DNA of 64,000 nucleotides from Lama guanicoe (Eukaryota): assembly GCA_013239625.1 (NCBI GenBank), contig MU056050.1, forward strand, positions 7,083,838-7,147,837, given 5' to 3'. The position numbers were made by a program, and so were the translations under genes. This document shows, one piece after another, positions 22,928-36,459 of this stretch. The number at the start of each line of letters is the position of its first letter. Position 1 is the first letter of the stretch. The notes beneath the pieces were generated by a model. That model had not been told where the DNA came from and searched no databases. It saw nothing but the letters and a program-made list of their open reading frames with translations.

Positions 22928-23365
22928 ATTGGTTGAGTTGTGTTCTCCCAGAATATATGATGAAGGCATAGCTTAGAATGTGACTGAATTTGAAAATAGG
23001 ACGACTGTAGATGTAATTAGCTAAGATGAGGTCATACTGGAGTAGGGTGCCCTTAATCAAACATGGTTGATGTCCTTCTAAGGAGATACAGAGACACATG
23101 AAGGGAGAATACCATGTGACAACAGAGGCAGAGATTGAAGTGCTGTAGCTGCAAGCCAAGGAATATCAAGGATTGCGAGCAAACACCAGGAGCTAGGAAA
23201 AGACAAGGAAGGATTTTTCCCTTATAGGTTTTAGAGGGAGAATGGCCCTATAGACACCTTGATTTCAGGCTTCTAGCCTCCGGAATTGTGGTACAATAAA
23301 TTTCTGTTGTCTTAAACCACCCAGTTTTTGGTACATTGTTATGGCTGCCCTAGGAATCAAATACA
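22928..23365 (+). mobile_element. MLT1 (MaLR) solo LTR inserted in L1
   Basis: gaatgtgactgaatttgaaaatagg...ctaagatgaggtcatactggagtaggg...caccttgatttcaggcttctagcctcc...aataaatttctgttgtcttaaaccacccagt. Confidence 0.88.
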
Positions 23366-25319
23366 AACCATAACAGAGATACCCTAGAAATCAATAACAG
23401 AGATGAAGATTTCCACTACTGGAGGAGTAGAACAGGTATAATTTCCTCTATTCTTTCCACTAAGTATAGCTAAAAACCTTGTACATTGTATGTAAACAAA
23501 CACAAGAAGACTCTAAATGATCTCTGAAAGAGAAGAAGGAAGACCTGCTAGAGACTTTGAAACCCAGGATGAGTTCCTTTTTGCTTCATATGCCCCAGAG
23601 TGAATAATGGAGGAACTGTCAACCCAGAAACACCAACAGGTGCAAACAAAAAGAGTCTTAAGAAAATCCTGGTCTCTTCAGCCAAAGGACCAGGAAAGGG
23701 ACAGCCTAGCAAGATAGACAACATATAGATAATAACTGTGTAACACCCAAACAGTGCAGACAAAACTGCGGTTCCATCCCTACCCATAGCAGCTAAGGCT
23801 GAGTGGAGCACCTAGCATTTTGCCCTTGACAGATTGTAATAAGTTGTCCCAACCCTCACTGCTGGGGTAATGTCAGAGAAGCTGACTGAGGAGCTGGAAC
23901 TTCTATCCCCACTGGGCAGTAACAATCTTCTCTCCCTCCTCCCCCTTACCCCCTCTTCCTCCACCTTAGTGGCAGTGGAGACCACATAGGAAACCTGGGC
24001 TTCCACCACCACTTGGCAGTAACAAGGTGCCTTTCCTCTTTTCCACTAGAACGGTGGTATAGAAGGCCTAGTGGACATTCAGGACACTGCCCCCAACCCT
24101 GACATTAATGAGACAGTACCCCCTCCCCTATTCCCTTGCTAAAGTAGTGTCAGAGGAGGCCTGCTAAAAGAAAAAATTTGAATAGGTCCAGATATTATAA
24201 TACCTAAAATGTCAGGTTTAAATAGAAAAATTCTCATTATATCAAGAACTAGGAAAATCACAACTTGAATATGAGGCCAACAACAAGATGAATCAGATGT
24301 TGGAATTATCTGACAAGAATTTTAAAGCATTCATCAAAAATCCTTCAACAAGCAATTACATATTTTCTTGAAACAAAAAATAAAAAAACAAAGAAATAGA
24401 AGTTAAAAAAGGGCTAAATGGAAATTATAGAACTGACTGAAAAATATAATAACAGAAATTAAAAAAAAACCCACTTGTTGGATAAGCTTAATAGCAGGAT
24501 GGAGATGACAAAGGATAAATTCAGTGAGTTTGAAGACAGCTTGATAGAATTCACACAATCTGCATGATTGAGATAAAATAGAGTTTAAAAATGAACAAAT
24601 CTCAAAGAGCCTGTGGTCCTATAACAAAAGATTTAAGATTTGTGTCATCAGAGTCCTGGAAAGAGACTAAGAAGACAGTGTTGCTGATAGAATATTTAAA
24701 GAAATATTGGCTGGAGACGTATCAAATTTGGTGAAAGACATAACCTTTCTAGTTCAAGAAGCTGAGCAACACCCCCTTCCAAAAAAGATTAACCCAAGAC
24801 ACATCATAATTAAACTTTGACAAGACTAATGACAAGGAAATTCTTGAAAGCAGCCAGAGATAAATGACACATTACTTAACAAGAACACCAATGTGAATGA
24901 CAGAGTGTTTATCATCTGAAATCACAGAGACCAGAAGGAAGTGGCACAACATTTTGAAAGTGCTGAAAAGAAATGAATTGTCAACTATGAATTCTATGCC
25001 TAATGAAGATATCCTTCAGGAATGAAGAAGAAATATAGACATTTTTAAATGAATTAAAACTAAGAATTTGTTGCTAGCAAACATATCTTTAAAGAATGGC
25101 TAAAGGGGTTCTCTAATCAGAAAGGAAATTATAACAGAAGAAGGCTTAGAACTTCAGAAAGGAAGGACGAACATCAGAATGGGTAAAAATAGGGGTAAAT
25201 ATAATAGACTATCTTATTTTTTGTGAGTTTCTTAAATCATATTTGATGATTGAAGCAAAAGGTATAACACCATCTGATGTGGTGGTTATGTATGTAAAGG
25301 AAATATTTAAGCCAATTTT

Positions 25320-26236
25320 TTTAAAAAATTGAAGTACAGTCAGTTACAATGTGTCAATTTCTGGTGCACAGCACAATGTCCCCATCATGCATATACATAA
25401 ATATATTCGTTTTCATATTTTCATTAAATGTTATTATAAGATATTGAATGTAGTTCCCTGTGCTATACAGAAGAAATTATTTAAAATCTATTTTTCTATA
25501 GAGTGGCTAACATTTGCAAATCTCAAACTCCAAAATATATTCCTTCCCATCCCCTTTCCCCGGTAATCATAAGATTGTTTACTATATCTGTGAGTCTGTT
25601 TCTGTTTTGTAGATAATTTCATTAGTGTTCTCTCTTTTCTCTTTTTTTTAGATTTAACATATGAGTGATATATCATATGGTATTTTTATTTCTCTTTGTG
25701 GCTTACTTCACTTAGAATGGCAATCTCCAGGTCCATCTATCCATGTTGCTGCAAATGGTATTGTGTTATTATTTTTTATGGCCAAGTAGTATTCCATTGT
25801 ATAAATATACCACCACTTCTTTATCCAGTCATCTGCTGATGGACATTTAGGTTGTTTCCATGTCTTGGCTATTGTATACAGTTCTGCTATGAACATTGGG
25901 GTGCATGTATCTTTTTGAATTACAGTTCCCTGCTGATATATGCCCAGGAGTGGGATTATTGGATCATATGGTAAGTTTGTTTTTAGTTTTCTGAGGAATC
26001 TCCATACTGTTTTCCATAATGGCTGCACCAAATTACATTCCCACCAACAGTGTAGGAGGGTTCCCTTTTCTTCACAGCCTCTCCAGCATTTATTGTTTGT
26101 CGACTTTTTAATGACAGCCGTTCTGACTGGTGTGGTGATACCTCATTGTAGTTTTGATTTGCATTTGTGTGGTAATTAGCAATATCGAGCATTTTTTCAT
26201 GTGCCTATTGGTCATTTGTATGTCTTCATTGGAGAA
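25320..26236 (-). mobile_element. Young L1 3' fragment nested in older L1
   Basis: ORF2 C-terminus ([27 protein letters not shown]...CTPMFIA). Approximate TSD ATTTAA(G/A)CCAATT at ~25305 and ~26237. Confidence 0.9.
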
Positions 26237-27943
26237 TTTAAACCAATTATTTTTAAAAAGTGGAGAGTGTAAAGGAACATAAATGGAAGTAAGGTTCCTA
26301 TGCTTCACTCAAAGTAGACTTTGGTAAGTTACCTATGTATATTGTAGTTCCTAGAGCAACCATTAAGAAAAGTATACAAAATGACATATTAAAAACATTA
26401 TAAATAAATCAAAACACACTCCTAAAAATGTTCAAGTAATCCATAAGAAAACCATATAAGGGAAAGAGTAATGAGAAACAGAGGAAACAAACATAAGACA
26501 AATAATAAAATAGCAGACTTAAAACCTAACATATGAATGATTACCTTAAATGTAAATGGTTTAAATACAGAAATTAGGGATAAAACAGTCTCTTCAATAG
26601 ATGGTGTTGGGAAAACTGGAAAGCTACATGCAAAACAATGAAATTGGACCACTTTCTTACATCGTATACAAAAATAAACTCAAAATGGTTAAAAAACTTA
26701 AATGTAAGACCTGAAATCATAAAAATTCCTAGAAGAAAACATAGGCAATGTGGTCTTTGACATTGATATTAGCAATATTTTTTTTGTATATGTCTCCTTA
26801 AGTAAGGGAAACAAAAGCAAACATAAACAAATGGGACTGCATAATAAAACTTTTGCCCAGTGAAGGAAACCATCAACAAGATGAAAAGGCAACCTACTGA
26901 ATGGGAAAAGATATTTGCAAATGATGTATCTGATAAGGGGTTAATATTCAAAATATGTAAATAATTTACACAACTCAATATTTTAAAAACCCAACAATCC
27001 AATTAAAAAATGAGTAAAGGACCTAAATAGACATTTTTCCAAGGAAGATATACAGATGGCCAACAGACACATGAGAAGATGCTCAACATCACTAAGCGTC
27101 AGGGAAATGAAAATCAAAACCACAATGAGATATCACCTCACACCTGTCAGAATGGCAATCACCCAAAAGACAAGAAAATCAAGTGTTGTCAAGGATGTGG
27201 AGAAAAGGAAACCTTCATGAACTGTTGGAGAGAATGTAAATTGGTGCAGCCACTATGGAAAAGGCGTGGAGGTTCCTCAAAAAATTAAAAATAGAACTGC
27301 CATACCATCCAGCAATTCCAATTCTGGGTATTTATACAAAGAAAATGAAAACAACTAGTTCAGAAAGATATATGCCCTCCTATGTTCACTGCAGCTCTAT
27401 TTATAATAACCAAGATATGGAGGCAACCCAAGTACCCATCAACAGAAGAATAAATAAAGAAGATGTGGTATGTGTGTGTGGGGTATGTGTGTGTGTGTGT
27501 GTGTGTGTGTGTATAAATATATATATATATGAAAAATATATATGGAATATTACTCAACCATAAAAATAATAAAATCTTGCCATTTGTGACAACATGGATG
27601 GACCTAGAGGGTGTTATGCTAAGTGAAGTAAGTTAGAGAAAGATAAATAGTGTATGATTTTACTTATTTGTGGAATCTATAAAACAAAACAAATGAATAG
27701 ACAAAACAAAACAGAAACATCAATTAATCTTCAACAAAGGAGGCAAGAATATGCAATAGAGAAAAGACAGTCTCTTTAGCAAGTGGTGTTGGGAAAGCTG
27801 GACAGCCGCATGTAAACAAATGAAGTTAGAGCACTCCCTCACACTATACACAAAAGTTAACTCAAAATGGCTTAAAGACTTAAACATAAGACAGGACACC
27901 ATAAATCTCCTAGAAGAGAACATAGGCAAAACATTCTCCGACA

Positions 27944-28300
27944 ACCATGTGAGATCGCTCATATGGGGAATTTAAAAAGAGTAAAGGGGAGCATAGGTGC
28001 AAAGCAGAAACAGACTCATAGACATAGAGTACGGACTTGTGGTTGCCAGGGGGCGGGGTGTGGGAGGGGACAGACTGGGATTTCAAATTTTGTAGATACT
28101 GACAGGCATATATAGAATGGATGGGTGAGATTATACTGTATAGCACAGGGAAATATGTGCAGGATCTTGTGGTGGCACACAGCGAATGAAAGAATGTGAC
28201 GATGAATATATGTACATTCATGTATGGCTGAGGGATTGTGCTCTGCACTGGAGTTTGACACAACATTGTAAAATGACTATAACTCAATAAAAAATTTACA
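27944..28300 (+). mobile_element. Young L1 3' end nested in L1 ORF2 remnant
   Basis: L1 3'UTR plus AATAAA/poly A. Flanking repeat ATTCTCCGACA on both sides (~27933 and ~28305). Confidence 0.88.
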
Positions 28301-29296
28301 AAAAAATTCTCCGACATAAATCATAGCAGTGTTTTCCTAAGGCAGTCTCCCAAGGCAATAGATACAAAAGCAAAAATAAACACATGGGATTTAAATAAAC
28401 TCAAAAGCTTTTGCACAGCAAAGGAAACCATAAACAAAATTGAAAGACACCCTTTGGAATGGGAGAAAATGTTTACAAATGACGTGACTGACAAGGAGCT
28501 AATTTCTAAAATGAACAAACAGCTCATACAGCTTAATATCCAAAAAGCAAATAACCCAATCAAAAAATGGGCAAAAGACCTAAATAGACATTTCTCCAAC
28601 CCATGCCAGGCTGTCTTCAGAAATAGTCATCTTCCTCACCTTGCTTGGATTCCAGCACTCCAAGTTAGTTCATCCCTCCTTAATGGAACTTAAACAAGTT
28701 CTGAAAATTTTCTTAATAGAACTTAAACAAGTTCTGAAAATGGTTGTATTGTGGTTATGTAGGAAAATGTCTTTGCGCCTATTAAATACTAAAGTATTTG
28801 GGGCATCAAATCAGCAATTAAAAAAAGTCCTTTGAACTGGACTTGTAACTTTTCTATAAGTTTTTAAAATAGAAAATAATGAAAAACTCTGAAACAAATA
28901 AGGCAAAATATTATAATTCTAGAGATCTGGGTGGTATATTCAGAGGTACTTATTATGATATCTCTAGTTTTCTATCTGATTATAACACTTCAAAATAAAA
29001 ATTTTTTAAAATTAAAGGTAATGCATGCTTACATGGAAAAGAAGAAAGTAAAACACTCAAGAACTCATTGCCCAAAGACACTGTTAGTGCGGGGTTTATT
29101 TCCTTTATGTTGAAAAAGGAGAATTATAAAAGTGAACTGAACTTGATGTCATAAGATTTTAAAAAGAAGACAATTTTTTAAAGATTAAAATCAGATAGAT
29201 CATTTTCCTTTTTTCACCTTTAGCGGAAAATTTGAAATTCCTCAAGTTCCTGTGTTAGATTTAAGGTGCCTGTTCACTTGCAAGTCATCGCTGTAG

Positions 29297-29312
29297 TCAC
29301 TAGAGGGCGCAC
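29297..29312 (+). promoter_or_regulatory. Candidate CTCF binding site
   Basis: TCACTAGAGGGCGCAC closely matches the CTCF core CCACYAGRKGGCRC. It lies in unique AT-rich sequence and retains its CpG. Confidence 0.6.
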
Positions 29313-29584
29313 TCCTATCAAAGACCATACAAAGTTCTGAAAAGAAAATATCGTAGCATTTTTTGAAATCTTAAAAAAAAAATCACATAAACCTCCATTC
29401 TTTTTCTGAACTCCAGCATGATATCTTGATATCCTTTTCATTTATCTTATGTCTGCTTACTTTACTTTTAGAATGAGAATATATGAAATCTACTGTTGTC
29501 TACATCATGTCTGTCAAAATATTAGATTTTCTATTTAAGATTAATTCTACCTCTTTGCCCTAAGTAGTAGCTCTTGAGGTTCTT

Positions 29585-30110
29585 CACAGTATGACCTCAT
29601 CTTAACTTATTGAATTACATCTGCAATGACTCTATTTCCAAACTAAGGTCACATTCTGAGGTACTGAGTGTTGGGGTTTCAACACCTTTTGGGGGACACA
29701 TTTAACCCATAACAGGAGGACACTGAGGAAATCCAAGCAAGAGATAAGGGGAGCTTGGGTCGGAGAGTGACAGCCATAGTGGTAGTGAGAAGTGATTTGG
29801 TTATGAATACGTGTTGAAGGTAGAGCCAAAAAGCTTTGCTGATGAGTAGAGAGTGAGAGGCCCAGATAAAGAAATGAATCAAATCCAAGGTGTTTGGTTT
29901 GAGGAACTGGAAAGATGAAGTTAGCAACAGCTGAGCTGGTGAGTGTAAAGAGTTAATATAGGGGAAAATCATGGTCTGACTTTGGACAAATTAAATTTGA
30001 GATACCTATTAGACATTCAAGTGAAGATGTCCAGTACAGTAAGCAGTTAGCTATATGAGCCTGGAATTCAGGAAAGAGTTCAAAGTTAGAGACAAAAATT
30101 TGGGAATAAC
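29585..30110 (-). mobile_element. MLT1 LTR fragment followed by L2 fragment
   Basis: gacctcatcttaact...ctatttccaaactaaggtcacattctgaggtactg (MLT1); tttgagatacctattagacattcaagtgaagatgtc...agcagttagctatatgagcctggaattcagg (L2). Confidence 0.75.
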
Positions 30111-31180
30111 TTCTAGGGAGAATGAGAGCCTACTTATGATTTGAGGTCATAAAGTTTAAATTGAAACTTGCTCCATCTAGAATCAGTTGCTGGGATGGAG
30201 ATGTAGAGAAGATGGAGAGTTGAATTTAACCTTGACTCAGGTGTTTCCAGGTAAGTATGATGGTGGGAGAGGGAGTTGGAGAGTGGAGGATGGATGCCTA
30301 GGAGTGATTATAACAATGGACTATGGAATTTAAGCAGGATAAGCATGGAAACAAGGATATGAGGGGGTGACAGAGAGCAAAAAATGGCTGTTGGGGGAGG
30401 ATTGTTGGAGTGGTGGTATTAGAGGGAATTAAAAAGAGAAGAGAGTGATGTGCTTAAAACTGAGATTTTTTTAAGGTGATGTGATGATTTGTAATGACAA
30501 AGGTTAGGAAATGAGTGCAGGCATGGATGGCTGAGGTTGGTAAGAGAACGAGATCTTTGAGTAGAAGCAAGCAACTGAGAGACCAGAGTATTACATGGAT
30601 TGCTTAAAGTGTGGACAATGTATGTAAGTAGACTGCACATAGGTATTGAAATCTCTAAGAATGATGACATGAGCAGTTGTGAGAAAGACAATGAACCATG
30701 AGCTAAAATCATCAATGAATAAGGAAGCTTGAACAGGAGGAGGGTAGATAGATAACTGCAATAAGGAGGTGTAGTAGATGATGTAGTCTGACAGCAAACT
30801 GATTGAAAGGAGCTAGGCCAGGGGGTTTAGGGAGGACCCACGGATAGTAAGGGCCAAGGAGGAGCAAGGAGACATACCCAACTTCTGTGTTCGGTGGGAC
30901 ATCGGGTGTGAGGGAAAATGTCCACCACTTGAGAAGGCAGTACAGGAAGCAAGATCCTCTGAGGGGATCCAGGTTTTTGAGAAAGCAAGAAGTTCAGGGG
31001 AAGTTTTGGGGAAGTTGAGGATGTTGGGGATTTTGCAGAGAGCAGGAGAGAAGGGTTTGGAAGGGTTGGGGAGGGGTGATAGAGTGAGCCAGATTAGGGG
31101 ATGTGGGAATTCATTTCCATGTGGAAAAGAATGTGAGTGATAATGGGTGATCTAAGTGGTTTGACAAAAACTGACAAAAA

Positions 31181-31317
31181 AATTTTTTTTGGGGGGAGGG
31201 AATTAGGTTTATTTAATTAATTTATTTGTTTTATATTAACGGAGGTACTGGGGATTGAATCCAGGACACTGTGCATGCTAAGCATGTATTCTACCTCTGA
31301 GATACACCCTCCCCCCA
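31181..31317 (-). mobile_element. tRNA-derived SINE (camelid-type)
   Basis: ggaggtactggggattgaatccaggacactgtgcatgctaagcatgtattctacc...ccctccccc; same family as 888-1020. Confidence 0.9.
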
Positions 31318-32569
31318 GGTGGTTTGAACTTTTTGTGATGATTAAGGTGAATATGCATTTAGAGTATCATGAGTTCTGTGATCTCTTGGCTGGAGGCATA
31401 TGGTCAGTTTTAAATGTAGCCTCTTCTTGAGAATGATGTCTTAGGTAGTACCTAATGGCTGATAAATGGAGATTATAAGGGAAGGTGGAGTGGTGGTCTC
31501 ACCAGGAGCATGCAGAATATTGGGCCCCTGTTTGATATTTTCCAGCGAGGTATCAAGTCTGAAGGAGGCTTGATCTTACCAGGAGGGATTGTAACCCTCA
31601 GGGCCTCCCTTTTAATCCTGTTGGGTAATTGCAATACTTCTTTTATTTCTTTTATTTTCATAGGCTGCTCATCACTTTAAAATAGCACAGTGGCACAGTG
31701 ATGTTTAGTTTTGTAAAAATGATACATGATCATTATAAAATATTCAAGTAATTGAGAAAAATGAAGTAAAAAATACCCTCCGTAAATAACCATCATTAAC
31801 ACTAGGTGAACATCATCTCAGACAATTGTATGAATTTTTACATTTGTAACCATTTTACATGTTTTTGCGTTTCTTTTAAATAATATGGGCCCATTGTTAC
31901 AAACAGTTTGAATATGATAGATTTACTCTAATCCTCTTACTTTTATAAATGAGGACATTGAGTCTTAGAGACAAGAAAAGATCTGTCCAAGGTCAGTCAT
32001 CCATTCAGTTAGATCCAGATCTCTTGACTTCCCAGTACAGTGGGTTTTTTCCCCTATTAAATCATGCTCCTCTCTTCTTCTCTTACCATCTACATGGCAA
32101 ACCCCCTTCTCTTTCACCATATAGATCTCTTGAGTGGCTCACTTTGTCTTTTGATTTGAACTTTCATTCACTTATTCATCCAACAAATATTTATTGAACA
32201 CCTACTATAAGCCAGGCAAAAATGACAGCTGTTGGGAATGTGGTGGTGAACAAAGCAGACAAGATCTCTAATCTTGTGATGCTTACATTCTATGGAATGC
32301 ACAGAAAGTCTATGCTCCACTTGCCAACTTTCTTCAATCAGCCCAAGACTCATATAACTATGATTTGTTTATAACCCCAAATCCTTCAGTGATGTTGGGG
32401 AAACAAAATGGAGGTTGTTAGACTTAAAATCATACCACTAGCACATGAGAGTACCACATGACTACCTGCAAGTAATAGACAGTAACAAAATTTATGCGGT
32501 AGAGAACACTTTTCTATAACTATGTTTCTTTCTAATGTAATTTAAAAGTTTGGTTTTAAGATACGATAG

Positions 32570-33745
32570 TATTTTTTTGCTATTGAGTTGTGTGATTTCT
32601 TTATATAATTTGGATATTAACCTTTTATCAGATATGCCACTTACAAATATTTTCTCCCATTCAATAAGTTGTCTTTTTAGTCACACAACTCAATATAACA
32701 CCCCTCCCCCAATAACCCTACTGAAAAATGGGCAGAGACCTGAATGGACATTTCTCCAAAGAAGACATACAGATGGCCAACAGACACATGAAAAAATGCT
32801 CAACATCACTAATTATCAGGGAAAGGCAAATAAAAACCACAATGAGATATTACCTCACACCTGTCAGAATTGCAGTCACCAAAACGAGAACAAAATCAAG
32901 TATTGATTAGGATGTAGAGAAAAGAAAACCCTTGTGCACTCAATGTCTTCATTTGTAAAGTAAATAATGGGAACACTTGTGCACTGTTGGTGGGAGTGTA
33001 AATTGGTTTAGCCACTATGGAAAACAGTACGAAGGTTTCTCAAAAATTAAAAATTGAGCTACTATATGATTCAGCAATTCCACTTCTGGGTATTTGTCCA
33101 AAGAAAATAAAAATACTAATTTGAAAAGACATATGAACCCGTATGTTCATTGCAGCATTATTTACAATACCCAAGATATGGAGGCAACCTAAGTGTCCAC
33201 CAGCAGATGAATGGATAAAGAAGATGTGATACACACACACACACACACACACACAATGGAATATAGCTCAGTCATAAAAAAGAATGAAATTTTGCCATTT
33301 GTGACAACATGGGTGGACCTAGAGGGAGTTATACTAAGTAAAATAAGTCACGGAGAAAGACATGTATCATATGACCTCACTTATACGTGGAATCTAAAAA
33401 GCAAAACAAATCAACAAACAAAACAAAGCAGAAACAGATTTATAGATACAGAGAGCAAACTGGTGATTTCCAGAGTGGAGAGGGGTGGGAGGTTGGGTAA
33501 AATAGGTGAAGGGGATTAAGAGGTACAAACTGCCAGTTATAAAATAAGTAAGTCATGAGGATTTAATATACAGCATAAAGAATATAGTTAATAACTGTAA
33601 TAATTTTGTATGGTGATAGATGGTTGCTGGACTTGCCATGATGATCATTTTGTAATGTATTTGATTGTTGGATCACTATGTTGTGCACCTGGAACTATTG
33701 TAAAATCGTATGTCAATTATACTTAAATTAAAAAAACATAAAAAA
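32570..33745 (+). mobile_element. L1 3' fragment with 5' inversion
   Basis: Antisense piece (~32570-32680) joined to sense ORF2-end/3'UTR/poly A. Degenerate TSD AAGATACGATAGT / AAAATACCATGGT. Confidence 0.88.
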
Positions 33746-36459
33746 TAAAAATACCATGGTGTTACATATAAAAAAGAAAAAATATGCCCATAATCCGACC
33801 ATTTAAAATTTTAAAATATACAGAATCTATAAAGAGGCAAAAGTCCTTCTTTCTAATGCTACCCTCCAGAAGTAACAACTCTGAATACTTTGATGTGAGC
33901 CCCTACCAACTTTTTTCTATGCTTGTATATATTTTAGTTTTTATTTTTAATAAGGGGATTGTGTAATTGTTATTAAAAATTCAAACAATACAGAAATGCC
34001 AATATAGTATAAAGAGTGAAATTTCCCTACATCCTCACACCTCATCCCAATCCTAGTGGGTAAACATTAACATACTAATGTGCATTTGATGTGAATAATT
34101 TCAGATCTTTTTCTATGCGTTTAGAAACAGATGTGTGTGTATACATATGCATGCACACACAAACATGCATGTGCAAAAAAAAGGGCTCTTGTAACTTTTC
34201 TGTTTTAAGTCAGCAATGGTTGGAAATTTAAAGTTAAGTAGTTGAAAGCACATTCTTGTGTTTTCATTTTCTACGAGCGAACAATGCAGCATATGCCAGT
34301 CCCTCTCTGGATTTAATACTTGATGCTTGGAATGTGAGCAGATGCTGAAAGCTATTAACGAAGCCCTTGAAGGGAGGCCCATTCGTGTATGTTGTAGATG
34401 CAAGGCCAGAGTTGAATGTAGTAGCCAACTGAGCAGCTGGCAAGGGGATAGAAAAATGAAGAACATGCAAACAAACATTGGTTGCAAGTTGATGGGCCAT
34501 GGGAACCACATCGTCTGGATCAGTGTCCCACAATTCCTATAATTTTGGAAATGGAAGCAGTGCTTAAAGCCTCATAGTCTTTTAATCTCAATTGTTAAAT
34601 TAGCGTATTGCAAAACAAACCAAAAAATACCCTGATGTGGTCTAAATAAGACTTATTTCTATCATGCCTAAAATTGGAAAACTCCAAGATTTTCATGTTT
34701 TAAATTCCTTAGATACAAGGAATAAGCTGCAGTAGTATATGTTTGATGAATGCCAACTCTCTAAACTTTACTGTCAACTCAGTACTCTTCATTGCCAAAC
34801 ACCGCATGTGCTCTGCTCTCAGTTTAGGCATACCGGCCCAGCTGCAGAAGACAGTGGTGGTCTCTATCAAGCCAACAGTCAGATACTTGCCTTCTAATCA
34901 GATTTCACAAGAAACCTCAATGAAGTCGTTATAGCCAGACATGAAATAATTAACCTTTTCTAATTTAAAAGGCCTAACAGGCAATGGTCTCTGTGACAGG
35001 TGTAAAATTCCATTCCTTCCAGAAAATTACTTGCCCAACAGGTGTTCCTTCTGACTGAAAGAGAAATTTCATTTTAAGAAAATGTTCACCTTTTGTCATG
35101 AATATTGTACAGGCACAAGGTGTGAAGGCAAGAGTTTTCCACGTAGCAGCTCGTGACTGTGATCTTCTGATGACTAATATTCATTGTTCACACACAGATT
35201 ATAAATATCTACTTTTTATTCTCCATCAGTGCACTTGAATTCTAGTACTTAGAGTCTCTGGAAGTCTTATAAAGCATCATAGTATTAGGCTTTCTCAGAG
35301 AGAAGTTAAAGTAGGTTGGTGTGCCAAAGACTTGAATAGAAAATAGAGACTGGGAAAAATGATTCTATTTCCGTTGTCTTAGAGAAGAGTCAAGAGCAAG
35401 GAGAAACTATTTTTTTTCCATTGTGCAAAGATAAGAAAGCTTTGGCCTATCATTTGGGTGTGACTCTGGGTTTAATTTAGTACAACTTGAAGCAATTTTC
35501 TGAGTTCTTACCCTTCCCCTCCTACCCTGATCCATACACATTTACAGTGTCTTCAAGTTGAGTTCAACGTGAATTTGCATGAGTTCAAAAGAGACCTCTG
35601 AGTGTTAAAAGGCCGGCTCCAAGGCCCTGATGTGGCCTTTGAGAGGGAGAGATGCTTTGCACAAAGAGCTTGTTTTCAGGGAAAGGGATTGGGTGGATGG
35701 TAGCAATGGGAGACGTCATGGAGTCTGCACCACATCTGGGTTGAGTGAGATTGAGTTTGAGAGGAATTTAATGAAGGTGGGAGTTTTGCTGATTTTTGGT
35801 ATGTCAAGCTGGCTGCATGTTAACTAGAGGTGACATTACGGTGGCAAAGCTGGAAGGGGCGTAGTGGTAAAGGCTTCCGAAAACAGTGGCTGCTAAATGG
35901 TCAGGCAGAGCATGCTGGCTGTTCTTTTGATTTGTTTTTCTTAGTTTCTCTCCTCTCTCTGGCTTGATTTTGCTCTCTCTCTCTTCTTCCTGGGCTTGAG
36001 AGAGGCTGTGAACTCCTTGAAATTTCACTAAATGAAAGGATCTGTAATTTGTGTAAGCTTCTCACAGTTGCCCAGATCCAGGACCCCCAAAAGACTGGGA
36101 GCCACTTCTCTTACCTGCTCCACCTCCCATCTAATCCAAGGTCTCTCCTTTAGAGCCCTCGTCTTTGAAAGTTCCCATTTCCTTGAGTCTTTTCTTTCCC
36201 TTAGTTCTTCTCTCATTTATTTAGACATAAAATGGAAACAAAGTTTTCTTCATTCACTTTAATTTATTGAACAGAGTTTTACCTTTTGTTGTAAAAGCAA
36301 GTGAGTGGGATTTCTTATATTTCTTGCCCATTAAACCTCACCTAGCTAAATTTTTTCAAGTTTTTTTCACCCCTGTTGGGACAGTCACTCTTAATAGTAA
36401 AAAGATTGCCCATCCCTTCTGTGGGGGGCTTGGTATTCTGCAGACCCATTGAGAAATAA

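Larger units (their letters stand above)
22540..28600 (+). mobile_element. Cluster of old and younger L1 fragments with nested insertions
   Basis: ORF2 endonuclease-region remnant (22540-22925), L1 5'/ORF1-like remnant (~23400-25300), and ORF2/3'UTR remnants (26580-27720, 27720-28600; e.g. WEKMFTNDVTDKELISK...[15 protein letters not shown]). All frames are broken. Confidence 0.85.

Noticed and set aside
28679..28743. Tandem duplication of CTTAAT(G/A)GAACTTAAACAAGTTCTGAAAAT
   Set aside because: Two-copy local slippage at a repeat junction with no spacer or array structure; not CRISPR-like.
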